DNA of 64,000 nucleotides from Gammaproteobacteria bacterium (GTDB lineage Bacteria; Pseudomonadota; Gammaproteobacteria; JABABF01): NCBI GenBank assembly GCA_965237805.1, contig OZ250153.1, positions 448,001 to 512,000 of the forward strand, read 5' to 3'. Shown piece by piece: positions 58,581 to 64,000 of this stretch (position 1 is its first letter; each line of letters starts with the position of its first letter). The notes under the pieces were generated by a model. It saw only the letters and a program-made list of their open reading frames with translations, ran no database searches and was not told where the DNA came from. The position numbers and the translations under genes were made by a program.

Positions 58581-59378
58581 TCAGAGCGGCTCCGTCGGCG
58601 AGCTGATGGCGGTGGTCTCGACGCCGCCGTCGATGGGCAGAATCTTGCCAGTGACCCATGAGGCGGCTGGGGAGCATAAATAGAGCGCCCCGGCGGCGAT
58701 GTCCTCGACCTGCCCCACGCGTCCCATCGGCGTGCCACTAAGCAGCTGCTGGCGGATCGCATCGTTGGTCAATACCACCGACAGCGCATCGGTGCCGATG
58801 GCACCGACCGAAATCACATTGACCCGCACTTTGGGTGCGAATTCCAAAGCCAGATTGCGCGTCATCATATTCATCCCGGCCTTGGCTGCACCGTAGGCGA
58901 CGAAGGACTGCATCGCCACCTGGCTGGCGCGAGAGGAGATGTTGACGATGGCACCGCCGCCCGCTGTCGCCACCATCTTCGGTGCAAGCAATGTGCTCAG
59001 CAGGAAAGCAGAACTCAGGTTTAATCGCAGCACAAGCTCAAAATACTCTTCGGTGGTCTGCAAAGCCGCGGTCGGTATAGCGCCGCCGGCATTGTTGACC
59101 AGCAAATCGATGCGGCCAAACTCGGCCAGTGTTCGATCCACCAGATGTTCCAGCTGCTCGTGCTCTGTCACATCGCAGAACACGGCCAAGCCGCGCTGGC
59201 CACGCTCGACCACAGCCGCCGCTGTGGCATCGAGATCGCTCTGCCTTGGCGCGCCGGAACACACTACATCGGCCCCGGCCTCAGCAAAGGCCAGCGCGAT
59301 GCCGCGACCGATGCCCCGGCCTGAACCGGTGACGATGGCGACTTTATCGCTGAGTTTGAAGCGCTCCAGGATGCTCAA
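58581..59378 (-). CDS. SDR oxidoreductase (hydroxysteroid dehydrogenase-like), copy B
   Basis: VTGSGRGIG, LVNNAGG, NISS, YGAAK. Confidence 0.9.
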   Translation of the reverse strand: MSILERFKLSDKVAIVTGSGRGIGRGIALAFAEAGADVVCSGAPRQSDLDATAAAVVERGQRGLAVFCDVTEHEQLEHLVDRTLAEFGRIDLLVNNAGGAIPTAALQTTEEYFELVLRLNLSSAFLLSTLLAPKMVATAGGGAIVNISSRASQVAMQSFVAYGAAKAGMNMMTRNLALEFAPKVRVNVISVGAIGTDALSVVLTNDAIRQQLLSGTPMGRVGQVEDIAAGALYLCSPAASWVTGKILPIDGGVETTAISSPTEPL

Positions 59379-59403
59379 TGTGCTCGATTCCCACTGCTCA
59401 CTC

Positions 59404-60198
59404 TCAGAGCGACGGCACTGGCACGGTTATCGATGCCGACTCGACACCGCCGTCGATCTGAACAATCTTGCCCGTCACCCACGAGGCGGCTGGCGAGCTC
59501 AGGTAGAGCGCCCCGGCGGCGATGTCCTCGACCTGCCCCACGCGCCGCATCGGTGTGTTGTCGATAATCTGCTGGCGAATCTTCTCGTCGGTCATCACAA
59601 TATCCAGCGCGGCGGTTGCGATACCGCCGACTGAGATGGCATTGACCCGCACCTTGGGGGCAAACTCCACCGCCATATTGCGTGTCATCATGTTCAACCC
59701 AGCCTTGGCGGCACCATAAGCGACAAAGGATGGCATCGCCATATCGCTACAGCGCGAGGAGATGTTCACCACCGCGCCGCCACCGGCCGTCTCCACCATC
59801 TTCGGCACCACCAGCTTCGTCAGCAGAAAAGCCGAGGTCAGGTTGAAACGCAAGGCCGCCTCGAAAGCAGCCTCGGAAATCTTCAGCGCCGCTTTGGGGG
59901 CGGTGCCGCCCGCATTGTTAACCAACAGCTCGATGCGCCCGAACTCGGCCAGCGCACTGTCCACCAAATGCTCCAGCTGCTCGCGCACCGTCACATCGCA
60001 GGCCACGGCCAAACCGCGCCGCCCGCGCTCGCACACAGCAGCCACCGTGGCATCGATGTCGCTCTGCGTACGCGCCGCGCACACCACATCAGCACCGGCC
60101 TCGGCAAAAGCCAACGCGATGCCACGACCGATGCCTTGACCAGCACCGGTGACAATGGCCACTTTGTCCGTCAGTTTGAACTGATCCAATATCGTCAT
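59404..60198 (-). CDS. SDR oxidoreductase (hydroxysteroid dehydrogenase-like), copy A
   Basis: VTGAGQGIG, LVNNAGG, NISS, YGAAK. Confidence 0.9.
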   Translation of the reverse strand: MTILDQFKLTDKVAIVTGAGQGIGRGIALAFAEAGADVVCAARTQSDIDATVAAVCERGRRGLAVACDVTVREQLEHLVDSALAEFGRIELLVNNAGGTAPKAALKISEAAFEAALRFNLTSAFLLTKLVVPKMVETAGGGAVVNISSRCSDMAMPSFVAYGAAKAGLNMMTRNMAVEFAPKVRVNAISVGGIATAALDIVMTDEKIRQQIIDNTPMRRVGQVEDIAAGALYLSSPAASWVTGKIVQIDGGVESASITVPVPSL

Positions 60199-60296
60199 CG
60201 CTCTGCACTCCTGCTATCGCGTCACCACTGGCAGTCGCCAGCATTCCCGGCTGCCGCCCCTTGCGGCCACACCCATCAATTCATTGAGCGAGGCCT

Positions 60297-61364
60297 TCAG
60301 CCCCGCAACGACGGCGCGGCGCGCCCGGCCACCAGCGGCAAATCCAAATAGCTGCAAAGGCCAGGGCTGGCCGCGCAGACATAGGGGATACTGTTGACAC
60401 AGTGCATCGCCGTGGCGACGATACCGTTGTTGCGCTCCAAGCCAGCCGCGATGCTGCTCGGATGCGTGCCGTGGTACACCGCCTCCAAATCGGGATCCCC
60501 CCTGACTTCCACTTCGTAGCGTTGTCCCCGCTCGCCGAAACCCCACGGCGCATCGTAGCCCTCCTCGCCCATCAGCCAATTGACGATGGCCTCGATGACC
60601 GGCTCGCCGCCGCGCAACCCCTGCCACACAAAACGCTGAGCGGCAACATGACCCGGCTCGATGGTGCCGATTGGCGTCGAGGTGATCGGCACCGTGGCGA
60701 GCGCCAACTCGTGCACAGTGTTCATACCGTCCAAGGGCAGCTGCAACTCGTCGGCAACCATCTGGATGGACTGGTAGAAACCCGCGGCCAAGAAGGCCCC
60801 CATCGGGCTGGCCTTGGCCTCCGCCTCAGTCTTGCCAAACAGCATCATCTCGCCGACGATGTCGGGAGCGCCGTAGCTGCGGATATCGGAAAACTCCTCG
60901 GAGCGCACATAGCTGGTCGCCCCCTGTAGCGCTGTCAATTGCAACGGCAGACGCTCGGTAAAGCCGCCGGGGTGAATGCCGGTTCCGTGCAACACCGCAC
61001 TGCCTTTCAGACAGGCCGCCTCCAGCTTCTCTGCTCGCTTGACGCGCCCCTTGTAGAACCAGCCCAGAGGTGACACCACATGCTTGCCCGCCTCCAGCAA
61101 GGCGACCACTTCGTCCTCATTGGGAAAAGCTGGCGCATAGAGCACGCAGTCGGCCTCCATGGCGAGGATCTCCTCCTGGGAGTCGGTGGCAACCACGCCG
61201 ATCGGGGCGAGGCCAGCCAACTCGCCAGCATCCTTGCCCACCTTGTCGGCGCTGTGCACCCAACAGCCGGCCAATTCCAAATCGGGGTGTGCCACCACGC
61301 CCTCTATCGCCGCCCGACCGACACCGCCAGTCGCCCATTGGATCACTCGATATGTCATCGCCAT
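60297..61364 (-). CDS. Dihydrodipicolinate-reductase-like / NAD(P)H-dependent amine dehydrogenase family protein
   Basis: YRVIQWATGGVG, KVGKDAGELAG, LHGTGIHPG, ATAMHCVNSIPYVCAASPG...YLDLP. Confidence 0.75.
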   Translation of the reverse strand: MAMTYRVIQWATGGVGRAAIEGVVAHPDLELAGCWVHSADKVGKDAGELAGLAPIGVVATDSQEEILAMEADCVLYAPAFPNEDEVVALLEAGKHVVSPLGWFYKGRVKRAEKLEAACLKGSAVLHGTGIHPGGFTERLPLQLTALQGATSYVRSEEFSDIRSYGAPDIVGEMMLFGKTEAEAKASPMGAFLAAGFYQSIQMVADELQLPLDGMNTVHELALATVPITSTPIGTIEPGHVAAQRFVWQGLRGGEPVIEAIVNWLMGEEGYDAPWGFGERGQRYEVEVRGDPDLEAVYHGTHPSSIAAGLERNNGIVATAMHCVNSIPYVCAASPGLCSYLDLPLVAGRAAPSLRG

Positions 61365-61709
61365 GCACTCCTGCACCAGCCAATTGATCTGATAGCACAA
61401 TTATACTAACGGCTCGGCGTCAATGGCCGCTAGCGCGACTGTCGCACCCGTCAACCCCAGCTGCCAAACACGGCTCTATCGCCGCTCAGTCAGTCAGGCG
61501 GGCTGGCACGGTATGATTCCGGCTCAGGAGCTGCCGCCGAGGAAGCAATCACCCCCGACAGCCCGGTTGGCACGATGTGCCCACCACCCGACATCAATCA
61601 ACAGGATGGAATAAGGCCAAGACCGTCAATAGCAGCATGCTTGTAGCGAGTATTTGCGTTGCTTGAATATACAATCATCTGCTCTCATCCAAGCCTCTCC
61701 CCCGATGCC

Positions 61710-62360
61710 ATGCACAAATTCGTCGCCCTGATTCCGCGCCGCGATGACCGCAGCCGGGAGTTCTTCAGGAATCACTACGAAACCAGCCACGCTCCACTCG
61801 CCATCGAACACATCGAGCATTTCCAATTCAAGAAATATGTGCGCAACCACTTTCTTGCGACCTTGTCCGGCACCGAGCCCAACTTCGATGTCATCTCCGA
61901 GTTCTGGTACGCCGACATGGCCGCCTTGGCGACCGTGGGGGTCTTCTTGGCCGCGCCCGAATCCAAGGTGATTCACGACGACGAAGACCGCTTCATGAAC
62001 AACCCCAAAGTGGTCTCCTCGGAAGTCCGTGAACATTTGATCGGCGGCGAGCCGCGCGGCTTCGACACCGAGCCGGTGGACAAGCTGGCCATCGCCATGC
62101 GTCGCTCGCCCTCTGTGAACGCCGAGGATTTCATCGCCACCACCAGCGCCGCAGCGGCGGAATTGGCCACACAGCACGCTGCCTCACGCGTGATTTTGGA
62201 CGAAGTCTTGGCGGGTGGCGAGGTGCCGTGGGATGCCTTCGTCTACATCTGGTTGGCGGGCGCAGCGGGCGATATCACAGTGCCCCCTGCCTTGCTACAA
62301 CACAGCGCAGAGCATTTCGTCACCACCAGCAAGAGCTACGAGAGCACGCTACCAGCCTGA
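61710..62360 (+). CDS. EthD domain protein
   Basis: SREFFRNHYETSHAPL, FDVISEFWY, IHDDEDRFM; degenerate second repeat. Confidence 0.75.
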   Translation: MHKFVALIPRRDDRSREFFRNHYETSHAPLAIEHIEHFQFKKYVRNHFLATLSGTEPNFDVISEFWYADMAALATVGVFLAAPESKVIHDDEDRFMNNPKVVSSEVREHLIGGEPRGFDTEPVDKLAIAMRRSPSVNAEDFIATTSAAAAELATQHAASRVILDEVLAGGEVPWDAFVYIWLAGAAGDITVPPALLQHSAEHFVTTSKSYESTLPA

Positions 62361-62383
62361 GCGGTGCCAGCAGCTCAGCGACC

Positions 62384-63628
62384 ATGGCTTTCGACTACAA
62401 CCCCATCGACACCGCCGCGCAACGCGACTTCGAGCGCACCGCGCTGGCGGTCTTCGCGCTGCCGGAAGTGGCTGCCGAACGCGCTGAGGCACGCCAATAT
62501 TGGCTCGCTGAGCTCAAGCCCGGCCCGGCATTACAGCGGCGCTTCGATGCAGCCTTCGAGGAAGTCATGTTTGGTGCAACAGTGTGGGCTGTCAACCAAG
62601 ACCCGATGCATCCGGGAGTGTGTACGATCAGCCGCCTCGCGCATCGAGTGGACGGGCTGGCGATCCCCGGCTCGCGCTGGGGCATCGACAACCCCGACTC
62701 GGTCTACCGCGTCATCCCGATCAGCGGCGATCAGCGATACCGCATCCGCGGCAAGGTGGCTGTAGGGCACCGGCTCAGCGAGAACTACTTCACCCTGTGG
62801 GACGGCAATCGCGATACGGTGGCTATGCTGGACGGCAAGGACTTGGCAGTGGCCACCGACGGCTCCTTCGAGATCAGCGTCGATGCCGATGAGGCCGGTG
62901 GTCGACGCAATCATGTGCGCTCCTCTCCCGCCGCGCACCAGTTCTACATCCGCGATGTGTTGCAGAACTGGGGCACGGAGATGATCAACGAGCTGTCGGT
63001 CGAGCGCCTCGGCGGCGGCGACGCCGCCCCCCGCAGCTTGGCAGAACATGCCCGCCAAGCCATCGAATATCAGTGGAGCTTCATGCAGGACACCATCCGC
63101 TGGAATGCCCAAGCGCTGAACAAAGCGGCCAACAGCTTCGATTTCACCATCGACCGCGACACCGACGGCGCACTGCGCAACCAAGTCTACCTACTCGGCC
63201 ACTTCCAACTGGAAGCGGGGCAAGCCCTGCTCATCGATATCAATATGGGTGGTGCCAACTATTTCATCGCACCGATCACCAACCGCTTGGGCACCACCAA
63301 CGAGATCTCTGATCGCTGTGGCAGCCTCAACAAGTCGCAGTCACTGCCCAACGCCGACGGCAGCTACAGCTTCGTCGTCTCGGTCGAAGATCCGGGACAG
63401 CACAACTGGGTCGACCCCAGCGGTATGGACGAGGGCATCCTGACGCTGCGCTGGGCAGCATTCGCCGACGGACAACCCAGCCCCGCACTGTCGGCCCGCT
63501 GCCAGCTGATCGCTGTTAGCAACTTGGCAGGACAACTACCACCGGGCACACCGATGGTCACGCCTGCAGAACGCGCTGACCAACAGCAGCTGCGCGCCAG
63601 CCAATACGCTTGGCGGCTGCTCCCGTAG
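62384..63628 (+). CDS. DUF1214-like domain protein
   Basis: WGIDNPDSVYR, YRIRG, DGSFEI, NADGSYSFVVSVEDPGQHNWVD...G.LTLRW. Confidence 0.7.
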   Translation: MAFDYNPIDTAAQRDFERTALAVFALPEVAAERAEARQYWLAELKPGPALQRRFDAAFEEVMFGATVWAVNQDPMHPGVCTISRLAHRVDGLAIPGSRWGIDNPDSVYRVIPISGDQRYRIRGKVAVGHRLSENYFTLWDGNRDTVAMLDGKDLAVATDGSFEISVDADEAGGRRNHVRSSPAAHQFYIRDVLQNWGTEMINELSVERLGGGDAAPRSLAEHARQAIEYQWSFMQDTIRWNAQALNKAANSFDFTIDRDTDGALRNQVYLLGHFQLEAGQALLIDINMGGANYFIAPITNRLGTTNEISDRCGSLNKSQSLPNADGSYSFVVSVEDPGQHNWVDPSGMDEGILTLRWAAFADGQPSPALSARCQLIAVSNLAGQLPPGTPMVTPAERADQQQLRASQYAWRLLP

Positions 63629-63699
63629 CGGATCGCGCTGCACACTGGCGACACGACTGGAGGAACGCCCCGCCATGACCGCCACAGCACCCCACAAAG

Positions 63700-63826
63700 T
63701 GTGGTGTCTCAGTGTGGGGTTGACGGCTGGGTAAATGATGGCCACGGAGCCTGCTTAGAAGCGGTGGAGGATGCCTTTGGTGACGATGTAGACTATGCCC
63801 AATTGGTCAAGCTCTACGGCGCACCA
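63700..63826 (+). mobile_element. IS1-family transposase scar (internal fragment plus possible terminal sequence)
   Basis: 63731-63826 translates VNDGHGACLEAVEDAFGDDVDYAQLVKLYGAP, matching the TDGH.AY.EAVE.AFG..VDYA.LVK.YG motif as I recall it from IS1-family (ISMhu11-like) DDE transposases. Confidence 0.7.
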
Positions 63827-63890
63827 CACGTGGCGTCGAGACGGGTGCCACACTGCCTCATTGTCATCCACCAGCGGAGACCGCCATACC

Positions 63891-64000
63891 ATGACCGACC
63901 AATCCCCCCGCAAAACTTGGCTCATCACCGGTTGCTCGACCGGCTTCGGTCGCGCGACCTCGCTGGCCGCATTGGCGGCTGGCCACCGCGTCGTCGTCAC
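63891..64000 (+). CDS. SDR family oxidoreductase (3'-truncated by window edge)
   Basis: MTDQSPRKTWLITGCSTGFGRA; GGAG RBS. Confidence 0.85.
   Translation, partial: MTDQSPRKTWLITGCSTGFGRATSLAALAAGHRVVV

Noticed and set aside
61399-61424. TTGACG and TATAAT on the minus strand upstream of the amine-dehydrogenase-like gene
   Set aside because: Spacer is only 12 nt, so they cannot form one sigma70 promoter
1-64000. CRISPR array, rRNA or prophage
   Set aside because: No regularly spaced repeats, rRNA-like sequence or phage genes seen

Overview
GC-rich bacterial chromosome segment. The core genes (rsx/rnf, gltA, aat, pyrD, nadK, mnmC, pepN, Val-Asp tRNA pair) look gammaproteobacterial; this is inference, not a database result. 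Left two thirds: end of the rsxCDGE operon, gltA, aat, a FadE28/FadE29-like acyl-CoA dehydrogenase pair, an MFS transporter, a contiguous pyrD-phoBR-pstSCAB-phoU block, a moxR/DUF58/Bat operon, a restriction-modification (R-M) islet with a frameshifted nuclease, pepN, DUF2797, rhomboid, nadK, two tRNAs, fadD, phaJ-like, mnmC and an M16C peptidase. Right third is accessory. (i) A lower-GC two-gene islet encodes a secreted aerolysin/ETX-MTX2-like protein with an inserted beta/gamma-crystallin-like domain, plus a beta-hairpin lipoprotein; this is the best candidate for an undescribed system. (ii) chsH2-chsH1-ltp2-like steroid side-chain genes lie divergent from TauD-aldolase-CoA ligase. (iii) An XamI-like R-M pair sits between two reciprocally decayed copies of its flanking genes. 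(iv) A catabolic cluster holds an LLM oxidoreductase, amidohydrolase, SDRs, KshA-like Rieske oxygenase, ADC-like, amine-dehydrogenase-like, EthD and DUF1214 genes. (v) An IS1-family scar. All family calls come from motif recognition by eye; several start codons are estimates.
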